From Camelus ferus (lineage: Eukaryota): a DNA stretch of 64,000 nucleotides. Numbering within the stretch: the first letter of the stretch is position 1; every line of letters begins with the position of its first letter. Below the pieces are notes generated by a model. It did not search any database. It was given only the letters and a program-made list of their open reading frames with translations, and was not told where the DNA came from. The DNA lies in the NCBI RefSeq assembly GCF_009834535.1, contig NC_045696.1, positions 87,298,001-87,362,000 of the forward strand, given 5' to 3'. A program made the position numbers and the translations under genes. Shown here piece by piece: positions 1 through 13,779 of the stretch.

Positions 1-387
1 TAAGGCTGCTATGAATGCTGAATTGCATGTCTATCTTGTAAAAACATAATGAACTTGCCACCCTACTGCCTGGTTATAGGATGAGCATAAATGTTGGTCA
101 AGTAGTTAGAAACTAGAGGCTGAGGAACATGAAACTCTTGCAAAGTATTATGAGAAAGTTTGGACAGGAGTCTTGATGGATTAGAGGAATGTGTATGCTA
201 AAGGGTTAACTTGAGCTTGCCTATTCAGTGACCTCTTGGGAACTGCAGACCTCTTTTATCTGCCTGTGCTCTGATCACAGGCAGCAGAAATAGTAAAGTA
301 AATGTTCCATGAGTACATATTTCATCACTTTATCTGCTGATTAGATTGTTATATGGGAAGAAGCATGAAAGAAACGGGGTGGGTGGA

Positions 388-790
388 TGTATTAGTCAGG
401 AATACATTCATCAGCCAGGTGGAAACAAAAAAATCCTACTGATGGTAAGATGTTTTTGTATCATGAAGCTCAGGGCTAGTATGGTGTCTAAAAGTTATCA
501 CTAGGAATTCAGGCTGTTTCCAGCTTTTCACTCTCACCCTTAGGAGCTCAGTCTTTTACCACATGCTTGTGGTTTTATGTCTCCTCCTCCCAACCAAGAA
601 GCAGCAGGATGGGGGAATGAGGAATAGTTGTCATCTGTAGGGAAAAAGCAAGTTGCTTTTCCAGAAAGGCCTATCTGATTATGCCCCATTGGCCATAACT
701 ATATTTCATGGTCTCATATTCACATAGCACACTGCTACCCTAAACAAATTCAGGAGCATGTTGGGAAAAAAAATACCAGCTAGTAATAAA
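388..790 (-). mobile_element. Old MaLR LTR (MLT1J/K-like), degenerate
   Basis: Starts TGTATTAGTCAGG and contains 'cattggccataact...catggtc', typical of the MLT1 reverse strand; recognised from memory. Confidence 0.45.
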
Positions 791-796
791 ACATTT

Positions 797-1200
797 TCCC
801 AGTTACAGCTAATAAATTCCACACTCAAAGAGAATAATTGAAGAGGGACATATTTACAATATTTGGGTAATGTTAAGGAAAATGAAACAGAGATGATAAA
901 GGACCCCAGGGTCAGAAATAGCAGCGAGTCATCACTATGTCTATACTGAAGGAAAAAAGAAGGAGCCATTACTGTTGCCCAGAGAGATAAAGCTATCGTT
1001 GTAGGAGCAGTCTTCTGGGCAGGAACTCTGTCAATCCACAGGTTGGCAGAGAGGGAGAATAATTACCGTAACATCACTCTCCTCCCGCCTCTAGTCTCTT
1101 GCTTATGTCTGCCACTGGTCAAATCCAACTAGAAGGCAGAAGGTAATGGACCCAGTAAAACGGTCTACAAATTTCCACCTTTTTGGGGAGGCAAGAAGAG
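797..1200 (-). mobile_element. ERVL LTR (LTR33-like)
   Basis: Motifs 'gggacatatttaca', 'cactctcctcccgcctc' and 'ccactggtcaaatccaactagaaggcagaagg' resemble the LTR33 reverse strand. Confidence 0.6.
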
Positions 1201-1563
1201 TAAGCAAAGCATCAGGCAAATGAAGGGGAGTACGTTTTAAGGAGTAGATGCAGAATGGCCAGTGCAATATCCAATTACCATGTTAAGTCTGTGGGAGAAA
1301 TGCTGAACAAAGAAAGATTTAGGGACATACATGCCATCAGTTGATACTTAAAGACTGGCTAGGCTTTTGGTGCAAGTGGATACACATCAATTGCATTGTT
1401 CAATAAAGATGATCTTGGGTAACTGCACTCACAGCAACCCACTTCTTCTGTTTAACATGTATCAAGTATACATTTAAATAATTTTTGTGGCACTGAATTT
1501 TTTCCCAAACTTGACTGAATGTATTATGCAAAAAGAGATTGCTACTGACCTATTCATTGCTCA

Positions 1564-2164
1564 TGATAGGAGGAATTCAAAGATGTGTCCCAGATTCCTG
1601 TCCCCCTTGGGAACACACACCTTTTGTCAGTTATTCAATTAAATAATAATTGAGGTGCTGTTATAATCTTATTTTGTAGATGTAATTAAGGTTTTAAAGC
1701 AGTTGACCTTAAGATAGAAAGGTTATCTTTGGGGAGCTTCACTTAATCAGGTTAGCCCATATAAGCATCAGACTCTTCCTGGTGAGAGATTCAAAGTCAG
1801 ATTCTAAACATGAGATAGATTCAGTGTGAGGGAGATTTTTCATTGCTATCTTGCAAGATAGAGAAGGCCACATGGCAAGGAATTTAGATGGCCTTTGGGA
1901 GAGGAAAATAACCCTTGGCTGACAGCCAGTAAGGAAACAGAGACCTCATTCCTAGGGCTACAAGAAACAGTTCTGCCAACAACTTGAAGGAGCTTGGAAA
2001 AGGATCCCAAACTCTAGATGGCCAACACCGAGCTAATTCACAGCCTTGTGTGAGCCTCAGCAGAGAAGCCAGTTATGCTCGGCCCTGACACCTGACCTAC
2101 AGAACTGAGCTACTAAATCATGCGAAACCACAACATTCGTTACACAATAATAGTAAATTATGTA
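1564..2164 (+). mobile_element. MaLR LTR (MLT1E-like)
   Basis: Motifs 'gatgtaattaagg', 'cagttgaccttaagatag', 'ggccacatggcaagg', 'ttctgccaacaacttgaaggagcttgg' and 'cctgacctacagaactgag'. Confidence 0.7.
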
Positions 2165-5128
2165 CTGCTGTATCTAAAAGCACAGCGACTACTACAGGAG
2201 AGAAAAACAATATTGAATGAATAACTTTTACGTATAAGAATAAAATCATAATAGGAACCCTACAGACCATATAATTCTGATTTCTTACTTTGCAGATAAG
2301 AGAACAGCTCAGATTTTACATATCAATGATCAGACAAGCAAAAATAGCTGAACACTTTTGACCAGATGGATGTGAACTCTTTCTGTACTTCCTGTCCCTG
2401 TCTGCATGCTGCACATTGCTGTTTATCTAGGTTTCCCCTCAAAAATGTTTTTCTCAAATAAATATGGCATTTTCTGGATTTTGATTCTTAACCAGTGAAC
2501 TGATAGAAATCTTAGAAAGTACTTTCTTAATACAACTTTTAAATTGCTAGAAAATAAATAATCCACTAACTTTACAGAACTTACAATTTTATTTCAAATA
2601 CATTTAGTCTCCATCTATATGAGATGTATTGGACAGAATAAAAAAATATTATAAATTTAAAGTTGTATATTAACTCTGAATGCATTTTACATTATTATAT
2701 TTCAGGAAGATAGAATTTTTTTAAGGAACAATATTTTAGATACTTTCCAGTTTAAAAAGGGGACAAATACCATTTTACTGGAACATATTTAATTTTGACC
2801 ATTCTAGAAATCATGTATGTTTCTTGTTAGTCTGTATTCTTGCACAACATTATTGTTTCCCAAGTCATAGAAGCAAAAGCAAATAAATAAAGAAAAGCAC
2901 AAATATGAACATTCCATTCAGTAAACTATCCTATAACTAACAGAATTGCATCTTATGTCTTTTAAGATTTCATTTTATATATTTGAAATATTTTGAATTG
3001 CATATAAATTTCTATATCTAAAAATAATTTTCAATTAATAGATTTGATATTTGGACTGTTTTAGGACCAACCAAAGGCTATCTGAAATTTTTAACAATGA
3101 GAATTTCTAAAAAATTTATATTCAATTTTATAATAAAAGATGCATAATAATGCTATTCTAGCAAATAAAAGCCAAAACATAACATTAATTCAAACAAATA
3201 ATATATTTAGAAGAACTTGTTATCATCTTTTATTAAAGTGGCAATACAATTATAGGATCATAATTATAAAGCTGTTGAAGCAATGACAAAAATAAAACTT
3301 GTACTACCATTATATGTCCAACTCCCAAAGCTCAATTGGAAAAATGACATTTCACTAATTCCTAAAAACAGTGTGGTTTACGAGGCTTTTTCCCAAAGTC
3401 ATTTCCATTTGTTAAATAGAAATATTTGATTTAATTATATGTACAGTTTGCCATCGAATTTAAATGATGCAGAAAAAAGATCGTTTTAAATATATATTTT
3501 CTGGAAACTAAGAACACTCAAAATTCTTCAACAAGGCCAAGATGCTGGAGAAGAAAGACTCACAGCTCTCCCTCTCCCACAAACACACCAAGAATTACAC
3601 TTACAGGCCAACTGAACCACACAGACCACCTACTGAACTCTGGCAGGGTGTCTCTCACTTCGAAGTACAGTTGGATTCCCACAAAATCCGGTAAGAGGAA
3701 GAAAATGAAAAAAGAAAAAATTGGGGGACCAGTCCTGCAGGGGAGGGAGCAGCAAAAGAAAAAAGGCACCCTGACACTGGGATGCCCCAGCACCAGCCAG
3801 GAGTTCAGCAGGGACAGAAGCAGAGCTTCTGAGGCTCAAGGAGAAAGTAGCAGCTGCTTGGCAGACAAAATTAAGAGAAACTAGCATGGAGGGTCCCTGT
3901 GATCCCCAGCCCTAGACCCAAACCAGTAGGGACAAGCCGGAACTGGCTGCTGGAGATTGGTGACAAGCCTGGGAGAGGGCTGGGGCCCACTGCACAGAGG
4001 CAGCCTCAGTGGACTGAAGGGTGGTGTATGCTCTGGCTGGAAGTGTGCGTGGAACAAACATCCTGGGACCCCCATAAAAAAGCACCACTGCTGGTGTGTG
4101 TAGGGGGAAGGGGCACAATGCAGCCGTGCCACAGTCTCTCTCTATTCATGGTTCCTATGTTGGTGTGTTCTTGCAAGAAGAGAGATAGCGCTCCGTCATA
4201 GCCATCATGACTGTGCGGGGATAGGGCTGAAAGCTGAATCCATACCCAGGGGCGCTGCAACTTCATGGATAGGACTGAGATTTATTTACATCCCCAGGCA
4301 GAGAGGGTGGAATTTATGAACCTCCATCTCTAGGAAAAAACAGGCAGTAAGCAGAGTTCTGGCACATGGCAAGGGAGAGTGTGGGTGTTTACAATAGGCC
4401 AGCATACCATATACAGTACACGTAGGTGGGGCTGGGGTGTACACTGACCCTATCGTGCACCATGGATTCAGGTATATAACTGTATGCCCGCTACAGGGGG
4501 GTCCTAGCACCTAACATTGGTGGATCTGCACTGGTGGTTCTAGGGGCCCCAAGCCTGGAGGACACCAGAGTGGGTGGCTGACATTCCCTGAGCTAAGGAG
4601 GAGACAAAGGCAGAGTCAACAAAGAGTACTTTGTAAGCCCACATAACAAATGACAAACATCACTACAGAGGGCACCTCCAAGTGGACATCTCCTGTAGAG
4701 ATGTCAGCAACTCTTCTTGCCAGCTGAAGTGCTCCAACCATGCCTACCACACACCACAGCTCAGAAATGGGTCTAGAAGCCTCTATTCCAGCAACAGGGG
4801 AGCAGACACAGCCCTTGTCAAGGCTGTGACAATCAAAGAACAAAAAAGGAGGCTCAACTCAACAACAACCACCACCAGAGCAGGCTCTGATTACCACAAT
4901 ACCAACCACATCCCCAATCAAAGGGATAACAGCTAACACACATGGAAGAAAGATATGGCAACCATCCATACTAAGAATAGTCCTTGCAACAAAACTATTA
5001 GACACACACAGTTTACACAGGAATGCTCTCACTTTAAATAAAAACAAACAAAAAATAAAACAGCCATTCAAAACCATAGTAGATAAACAATACTCCTAAA
5101 TCCATAGAGTCAGAGAAATATAAGTAAA

Positions 5129-6006
5129 ATGAAGAAGCAGAGGAAACACTCCCAATTAAAAGAACAAGAGAAGTCCCCTGAAAGAACAATGAGATAGACT
5201 TCAACAGTCTACTAGATCATGACTTCAAAAAGGGAGTGATAAAAGCATTGGCTGAAATAAGAGACTATGAATAGAGACAAAGAATACTTTGAAAATGAAA
5301 TAGAAACTATAAAGAGGAGCCAATTAAAAACAGAAAACTCAATGGCTGAGATAACAGCCAAGTAAAGGCAGTCAAAAACAGACTAGATAATGCAGAGGAA
5401 TGAACAAGTGGCTTAGAAGACAGGGTAATAGAAGTCACCCAATCAGAACAGCTGACAGAAAAGCAGGTAAAAACCAATGAAAGCAATATAAAGGACCTGT
5501 GGGATAATATAAAGCATGCCAACATATGCATAATAGGGATCCCATAAAAAGCAAAAGGACAAAGGGGATTGAAAAGGTATTTGAAGAGATCATGACTGAA
5601 AACTTCCCAAACCTAAAGAAGGAATCAGATATACAAATACAGGAAGCACAGAGGGTCTCCAACAAAGAGAACCCAAACAGACATATACCAAGACATTATA
5701 ATTAAGATAGTGAAAGTTAAAGGAATTGTTCTAAAGGCAGCAAGAGAAAAACAAAGAGTTAGTTACAAGGGAACCCCCATAAGGCTTTCAACTAATTTCT
5801 CTACACAAACAATGCTGGCCAGAAGGGCATGGCAAGATATATTCAAAGTCCTGAATGTGAAACAGCTGCAACCTAGGATTTTCTATCTGGCAAGACTATC
5901 CTTTACAGTAGAAGGAGAGATAAAGAATTTCACAGACAAGCCAAAAATAAAAGAATTCAGCAATAATAATCCTCGGCTAAAAGAAATATTGAAAGTTCTA
6001 CTCTAA
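5129..6006 (+). pseudogene. L1 ORF1p (RNA-binding protein) relic with frameshifts and stops
   Basis: ATG at 5129 (MKKQRKHSQLKEQEKSPE). The C-terminal fragment 'LKAAREKQRVSYKGTPIRLSTNFS...ARRAWQDIFKVL...QPRIFYLARLSF' ends at TAA 6004-6006. Confidence 0.9.
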
Positions 6007-6427
6007 ATAGAAGAGAAACAGGAAGCTATATAAATGAGAAAACCATAATTGGAAATGAGGTAACTACAATGAGTTGCAAGAAAATAAACATGAAGATGTT
6101 AAAAAAAAAAAAAAAAAAAAAGGACATCAAGATCATAAAAGGTCGGAGAGGGCAGCAAGAAAATATAGATTTTTTTTGCTCACTCTTCTTTTTTTCTTCA
6201 TTCTTTTTAGGATGTGTTTGAGCCTACATGACTTCTAGTTGAAAGCAAACAGATATAGTAAGGAGTTAACATACTTGAAAACCAGGGTAACCACAAGCAT
6301 AAAACAGTCACAAAAACCAAAAAGAAACCAAGCTAATACAAAAGAATATTATCAAACCACACACACACAAAAGGAAAAGAAAGGAACAAAGAGTAAATAC
6401 CAAATCAACTGGAAAACAAAGTTCCAA

Positions 6428-9400
6428 GTGGCTATAAACACACATTTATCAACAATTACTATAAATGTCAATGGACAGAATGCTCCAATCAAAAGACAGA
6501 GTGGCAGATTGGATAATAAAACAAAAGCTTACAATATGCTTCCTACAAGAGACTCACTTTAGAGTGAAGGACACACATAGATTGAAAGTGAGAGGATGGA
6601 AAAAGATATTTTATGCAAATGGAAATGACAAGAAAGTGGGAGAAACAATACTTATATCAGATACAACAGACTTTAAAACAAAGGCCATAAAAAAAGATAA
6701 AGAAGGACAGTATATAATGATCAAAGGAGCAATAAAAGATGAGGATATTATACACGTTAACATATATGAACCCTATACAGGAGCACCTAAATACATAAAA
6801 CAAATACTAACAGACATAAAAGGAGAAATTAATGGGAATATAATAGTAGTAGGAGACTTTAACATCCCACTAACAACATTGGACAGGTCTTCCAGACAGA
6901 AAATCAATAAGGCAACAGAGGTACTAAATAATACAATAGAACAGTTGGACCTGGTTGATATTTTTAGGACATTATATCCCCCCGAAAAGAATATACATTC
7001 TTTTCAAGTGCTCATGGAACATTCTTTAGGATAGACCACATACTCAGGCACAAAAGAAGCCTCAACAAATTTAAGAGGAAAGAAATTATTTCAAGCATCT
7101 TCTCTGTCTACAATGGCATGAAACTAAAAATCAACCACAGAAACAAATAAGAAAAAAACAACAGCATGAAGACTAAACAACTTGTTTCTAAAAAACCAAT
7201 GGGTCAACAATGAAATTAAATAAGAAATTAAAAAATACCCTGAGACAAATGAAAACACAAACACACAAAATCTATGGCATGTAGCAAAAGCAATCCTATC
7301 AGAGAAGTTCATAGTGATACAGGCCTTCTTCAAAAAACAAGAACAATCTCAAATAAACAACCTAACCTTCCCCCTAAATAAATAGAAAAAGAAGAATACA
7401 TGAAACCTAAAGTCAGCAGAAGGAAAAAAATAATAAAGATCAGGGGGAAATAAATAAAATAGATATTAAAAAACAATAGAAAAAAATCAATCAAGCCAAG
7501 AGAGCTGGGTTTTTGAAGGAGAAAACAAAATTGCCAAACTTCTGACCAGGCTCAACAAGAAAAAAAGAGAGAGGCCACAAATAAAGTAAGAAAGGAAAAT
7601 GGAGAAATTACAACCAATACCACAGAAATACAAAGTATCATAAGAGAATATTATGAACAACTATATGGCAATAAATTGGACACCTTTGAAAATGGGCAAG
7701 TTTCTAGAAACATACAGTTCACCAAAACTGAATCAAGAAGAAATAGTTCATTTGAACAGATCAAACACTCAAAGTGAAATAGAATTAGCAATAAAAAGCC
7801 TCCCTACAAACAAAAGTCCAGGACAAGATGGCTTCACTGGGGAATTCTATCAAACATACAAAAAAAGAGTTCATACCAATCCTTCTCAAACTCTTCCAAA
7901 AGATTGAAAGGGAGGGAATACTCCCAAACTCATTCTGTGAAGCCACCATCACCCTGATACCGAAGCCCACAAAGACACCACTAAAAAAGAAAGCAATAGG
8001 CCAATATCGTTGATGAACATAGATGCAAAAATCCTCAAAAAAAAAATTAGGAAACAGAATCCAATAACACACAAAAAGATAACACACCATGATCAATTTG
8101 GGTTCATCCCAGGGACACAGGGTGTTTCAAATGTGCAAATCAATTGACGTGATACACCACATCAACAAGAGAAAAAACAAAAATCACATGATCATCTCAA
8201 CAGATGCAGAAAAAGCATTTGATAACATTCAACACCCATTTATGATAAAAACTCTAACCAAAGTGGGTACAGAAGGAGCCTATATAAACAGAATAAAAGC
8301 TATTTATGGCAAACCTACAGCCAAAATAATACTCAGTGGTGAAAAGCTGAAGGCCTTGCCCATAAAATCTGCAACAAGACAAGGATGCCAACTCTCACCA
8401 CTTCTTTTCAATATAGTACTGGAAGTCCTAGCCATAGCAATTAGACTAGAAAAAGAAAGAAAAGGGATCCAAATTGGAAGAGAAGAGGTAAAATTATCAT
8501 CATATGCAGATGACATGATACTATATATAGAAAACCCTAAAGGCCCCACACAACTACTAGAGCTGATAAAAGAATTCGGCAACATAGCAGGATACAAGGC
8601 TAACATACAGAAATCAATGGCATTTCTTTACACTAACAATGAAATATCAGAAAAGGAAAGTAAAGGAAACATCCCTTTTAAAATTGCATCAAAAAAAAAA
8701 AAAAAAGATACTTAGGAATAAATCTGACCAAGGAAGTGAATGAAAGATTTATATGTGGAGAACTACAAAACAATGACTAAGGAAATTAAAGATGACTTAA
8801 TGAAATGGAAAGATAGCCCATGTTCTTGGATTGGACAAATTAATTTTGTTAAAATGGCCATACTACCCAAAGCAATGTACAGATTTAATGCAATCCCTAT
8901 CAAATTAACCAGGACATTTTTCACAGAACTAGAACAAATAATCATAAAATTCATATGGAATCATAAAAGACCAGAATTGCCAAAGCAATACTGAAGAAAA
9001 AGAATGAAGCTAGAGGAATAACTCTCCCAGACTTCAGACAATACTACAGAGCTATAGTAATCAAAACAGCATGGTTTTGGTACAAAAACAGACATATGGA
9101 TCAATGGGACAGAATAGAGGACCCAGAAATAAACCCATGTACTTTTGGTCAACTAATCTTGACAAAGAAGGCAAGAACACACAACAGAGTAAAGACAGTC
9201 TCCTCAGTAAATGGTGTTGGGAAAATTGGACAGCTGCATGTAAATCAATGAAGTTAGAATACTCCCTCACACCATACACAAAAATAAACTCAAAATGGCT
9301 TAAAGAGAAGACACTATAAACCTCTTAGAAGAAAACATAGGCAAAACATTATCTGACATAAATCTCAGCAATGTTCTCCTACGGCAATCTACCCAGGCAA

Positions 9401-10179
9401 AACAAATGGGACCTAAAAGCTTTGCACAACAAAGGAAACCATAAACAAAACAAAAAGACAACCTACAGAACTGGAGAAAATATTTGCAAAAGATGAGACT
9501 GACAAGGGCCTAATTTCCAGAATATATAAATAGCTCATACAACTTCATAAGAAAAAACAAACAACCCAATCCAAAAATGGGCAGAAGAGCTAAACAAGCA
9601 ATTCTCCAATGAAGTCATACAAATGGCCAATAGGCATATGAGAAAATGCTTGGTATTGCTAGTATCAGAGAAATACAAATCAAAACTACCATGAGGTATT
9701 ACCTGCCACCAGTCAGAATGGCCATCATTAAAAAAGTCTCCAAATGATTAATGCTGGAGAGGGTGTGGAGAAAGGGAACCCTTCTACACTGTTGTTGGTT
9801 ATGTAGTTTGGTGCATCCATTATGGAAGAAAGTATGGAGGTTCCTCAAAAAAACTAAAAATAAACTTATATATGATCCAGCAATCCCACTCCTGGGCATA
9901 TATCCAGAGGGAACTTTAATTCAAAAAGATACATTCACCCCAGTATTCATAGCAGCACTATTTATAATAGTTAAGACACAGAAACAACCTAAATGTACAT
10001 CGACTTATGACTGGATAAAGTTGTGCTATATTTATGTATTACAATACTACTTAGCCATAAAAAAGAAAAAAATAATGCCATTTGCAGCAACATGAATGGA
10101 CCTGGAGATTGTCATTCTAAGTGAAGTAAGCCAGAAAGAGAAAGACAAATACCATATATCACTTATATGTGGAATCTAA
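6428..10179 (+). pseudogene. L1 ORF2p (endonuclease / reverse transcriptase) relic with many frameshifts
   Basis: Endonuclease motifs TINVNG, LQETH and VGDFN; RT motifs [38 protein letters not shown] and YADDMILY; C-terminal LLHCCW/PLWK region. The start codon appears mutated to GTG. Confidence 0.93.
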
Positions 10180-11659
10180 AAAAAAAAAAAGACAAACGAA
10201 CTTATTTACAGAACTGAAACATTCTCAGAGACATAGAAAACAAACTTATGGCCACCAGCAGGGGAAGGGGGTTGGATAGGATAAATTGGGAGTTCAAGAA
10301 CTGCAGATAATAACTAATATACATAGAATAGATAAACAACAGGTTCATACTATATAGCACAAGGACCTATATTCAATATCTTGTAGTAACTTATGGTGAA
10401 AAAGAATATGAAAATGAATATGTATATATATATGTTCCTATATGACTGAAGTATTGTGCTGTACACCAGAAAATGACACATCATAAACTGACTATACTTC
10501 AATAAAAAATAAGCCAAAAATTTTAAAACAATTTTGAGCATGTACAAAATTATCCAGGATTCTAATTGAAAATATTTTTAAAAACAAAGCATAAAAATTA
10601 GGAGAAACCATTTCCAGAAACTAGAGATTACATTAGTATTACCAGTAAAAGATAATGAGTTAACTGAAATTTAAAGATCTTTACTGCCAGCAAGTAATTG
10701 CTTAGCAGACTTTGTGTGGGAGTATATTGCATTGTATTGTACCTAACTGTATTGTTTTCCTAAATTTGGACTACTAATTTTGTAAATTATTTCTAAGTTT
10801 CATTTCCTAGCAAGTTCATCAGTCACTTTAAATAGCTTTTATTTTCCTTGCAAAAAATTAAAACGAAGTTAAACCAAGAGAAAATTACCTTTTACTTCGG
10901 TAAAATTCAATTAACCAAATCAAAATATACCCATAATTTATCATGGTATGACTGAATTTTATTTTATTTTTTTTTCAGTAAGTCCTCATTACTTGAATGT
11001 ACTATAATTTACTCTGTTAGAACTTTTTTTTTTGAGTAAATAGAAGTACAAAAATAAGTGTCTAATTTTAAAGATAAAAATAATCTTATAAAAAATAAAG
11101 ACACTAAATGAGTATTACCCAATCTAAGTTAATATAAACCATAGATATTTATGACATATATGCAAACTAATGCCAGAACTCTAATTCAGTAAAGAGACAG
11201 TAGCTGTCTACTTTATATTATGACAAATTTTCTGGATTTACAAATACAACTAACTATTTAACGTAAGTTTTTTCAAACCTTATATACCCTGATCTGGCAT
11301 CTTCATATCTAAGTGGACACCATTAGAAGTTTGTTCCCAATTTACATTGACGTGACCTCTGTGACAGCTGGCATTTTGTTCTTCCTTTCATTAGGGCTAC
11401 TAATCTATTTTATTCCCTCTTCCACTAACCTATGAATTTCTTGAGAGCTGAGACCTGGCATAGTATACATGTATTTACCAAAAATGTTTGTTGGTTTGCA
11501 CACCTTTAAACACTCAAAAGAATTGTTATTTTAATTGGGTGTATTTGTCAAATAACAAAAGAAAGCCACATAGTTCTGGGAAGAAACTAATAATTTTTAC
11601 ATGCTATTTAGGCACATAGATAGACAGGAAAGAACAGGTTTAATTGCTTCTTAAAGATA

Positions 11660-12070
11660 GTAAGTAATACCAGATGGTATAACAGGTAAAATCTAAAAAC
11701 ACAGCACCATAGCATGTAAAAATATAATGCATTTTCTTCTCATGCAACTACCCAGAGGGATACTTCTTACCTAGAGGGTAAGTGTCTTTCATGAATGACT
11801 TGAATTTAAGCAGTAACTTAGAAATCAGATTTCTTCTATTTTGGTAGCTCTCTCCTCCTCAAGGTCCTCAGAGTACTTTCCATTTAGTTAGTGAATTGAA
11901 AAAATGTAAAACAGATTAGAGACGACATTTCCACTTTTCAGCACCTCAGCCTTGAAATGCTACTTCCACTCACACTGCATTAAGTGAAAACTAGTCACAT
12001 ACTCATTTTGATTCAAGAAGAATGAGAAATGTAGTCTACTTGTTACCTTAAGAAGTGAGCACTGGTAATC
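11660..12070 (-). mobile_element. Old MaLR LTR (MLT1I/J-like), degenerate
   Basis: 'cttccactcacactgcatt...aactagtcacat...gagaaatgtagtct' resembles the MLT1 reverse strand. Confidence 0.4.
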
Positions 12071-13149
12071 TCACCATAGTTATTATGAATTCCCTCAGAA
12101 TATTTTACATTCTGCTGTGGGAAAAATGTGAAATCTATTATCTTGGTCTTTGTGAACTGACTTCTTAGGGGAAGGAAATGTTACCCAAGGATGGACGGCA
12201 TACTTTCATTTGGAGAGTTCTTTTTCTGATGAAGATCATCTTCTCCTGGGAGACTATTAGTTTTTATGCTTTCTTATGAAGAGGGAATTATTTTTCCCAG
12301 CCCTCTATACTTAGAATATCAATGCTTTCTACATGACATCTATAAACAAGTGAAAAGCCAATATAAAGAGGGTAATATCACTAACTACTTTTATTAGTTT
12401 TGCTTCATTCTCCCTTTTTTTGTTGGCATTGTGAAATTAGGGAGGCTTAGTCATATTATCTGGAATAGGGATGTTCTGAGATCAGCATGCACAAAAGTTC
12501 CTCTGCAATTAGCATTTTAAAGAAAAACTATTAAAAAATCTTTTCACTCAGTGTTATATGCTAGAAGCCCAAATTTTATTCATGAACTTGCTATTGGCTT
12601 ACAGGGTTTGCAAAGAGTCAATGAGTTTTCACCAAAATCTAAATTAACTAATTCACTAGTCACAAATTTATCCAGCAGCCATTGTTTTTCCCATCAAGGA
12701 AAGCTGTGACTACCTTTTAGTTCAAGCCTCTTACCTTATTGTGGATCTCCTTTTTGTTTACTATTCATTTAATTCTCCCACAGTCATAGAATTTTTCTTT
12801 TCATGGTCTTCTACCTTTGTCAGTTAATTATTTCAGTTACAGAAATCACGCTCCTGATTTAGTATTTCCTAAATCCATTTTATTATTTAAACCTGTTCTA
12901 TTTAATGAATACTTTTGAACCTTGGAACTCATATTCCTCATCCCTTTAGAATTTTGACCTAGGGACAGTGACATTTCTTACTTCATTTCTTACTTTTGGT
13001 GGCTCTTATTCCAAAATTCTCAATAATTAAGAATATTTTGATGTTTTCCCAATGGTGAGCTTAATGATTCCCTCCCAGTCTTCACACATATGCACACATA
13101 AATTAAAAAACAAACAAACAAAGGGGGATTGTTAAACTACCATGTATTA

Positions 13150-13660
13150 TTAAAGATAACTATGATTTTGAATTTGTCTATTTTTCTCCACTTTGCCTTC
13201 TTTGAGATTACCCATTTTTATTATTCCCCATTTATCCTGTAAGTTTCCTTTCCGGTCCGTCCCCCCCCCCCCCCCCCCCCCCGCCCCTTGCATACTCAGG
13301 CTTCTGCCTGGGATCATTGTTCTTCCTGAAGCAAGTCCCTTTATTTATTGTTTTTCTTTTAGCGAAGATTTCTAACAACAAATTCCTCAGTTTACGTTTC
13401 TCTGAAAATGACTTCATTTCTTTTCTACATTTGATCATTATTTTCCCTGGGTGTGATATACTACACTGAGAAATTTCCTTTCAGCACTTTAAAGATGTTG
13501 TTTCATTTACTTCTGCCTCCTATTTTCCTATATGGAAGTCAGCTGTCAGTCTTTTTATTGCTACTTTGAAGATAACAGGCTTTTTTTCCCTCTACTATAG
13601 TGGCTTTTAAAATTTTTGTTTGCCTTTGTTTCCTAACAGTTTTAATATTATGTGCCAAAG
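13150..13660 (-). mobile_element. Old L1 fragment (ORF1/spacer region)
   Basis: 'tttcagcactttaaagatgttgtttcat...gaagtcagctgtcagtc' is antisense ORF1 sequence of old L1M elements. Confidence 0.55.
13261..13287. repeat. Poly-C tract (C22 G C4)
   Basis: Seen directly. Confidence 0.95.
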
Positions 13661-13666
13661 GGTATT

Positions 13667-13750
13667 GTATTGGGGTAGGTTCCCTGAGAAACAAACTTGA
13701 AGACAGAGATTTGTGTGCAGCAGGTTTTTAAAGGAGTACTTTGGGGAATA
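13667..13750 (-). mobile_element. ERVL LTR fragment (LTR16-like)
   Basis: 'tgtattggggtaggttccctgagaaac...agagatttgtgtgcagcaggttt' resembles an LTR16 end on the reverse strand. Confidence 0.5.
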
Positions 13751-13779
13751 GTCTGATCTTATTTGGATGTAGCTAACAC

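Larger units (their letters stand above)
3531..10510 (+). mobile_element. Full-length LINE-1, inactivated (5'UTR, ORF1, spacer, ORF2, 3'UTR, A-rich tail)
   Basis: 5' start 'caagatgctggag', a ~1.6 kb GC-richer 5'UTR, ORF1 and ORF2 relics, and a 3'UTR ending 'aaactgactatacttcaataaaaaa'. Confidence 0.95.

Noticed and set aside
3560..5077. Short ORFs in the L1 5'UTR, including antisense ORF0-like candidates
   Set aside because: They have no recognisable homology and often non-ATG starts, and are expected in GC-richer UTR sequence.
7124..9899. Minus-strand hydrophobic ORFs duplicated at 21659-22622
   Set aside because: They are antisense shadows of A-rich L1 ORF2; the duplication reflects the conversion tract, not genes.
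3510..10540. TSD for the first full-length L1 (aaaattcttcaacaa vs aaaattttaaaacaa)
   Set aside because: Only 12/15 matches in A/T-rich sequence; not distinguishable from chance.
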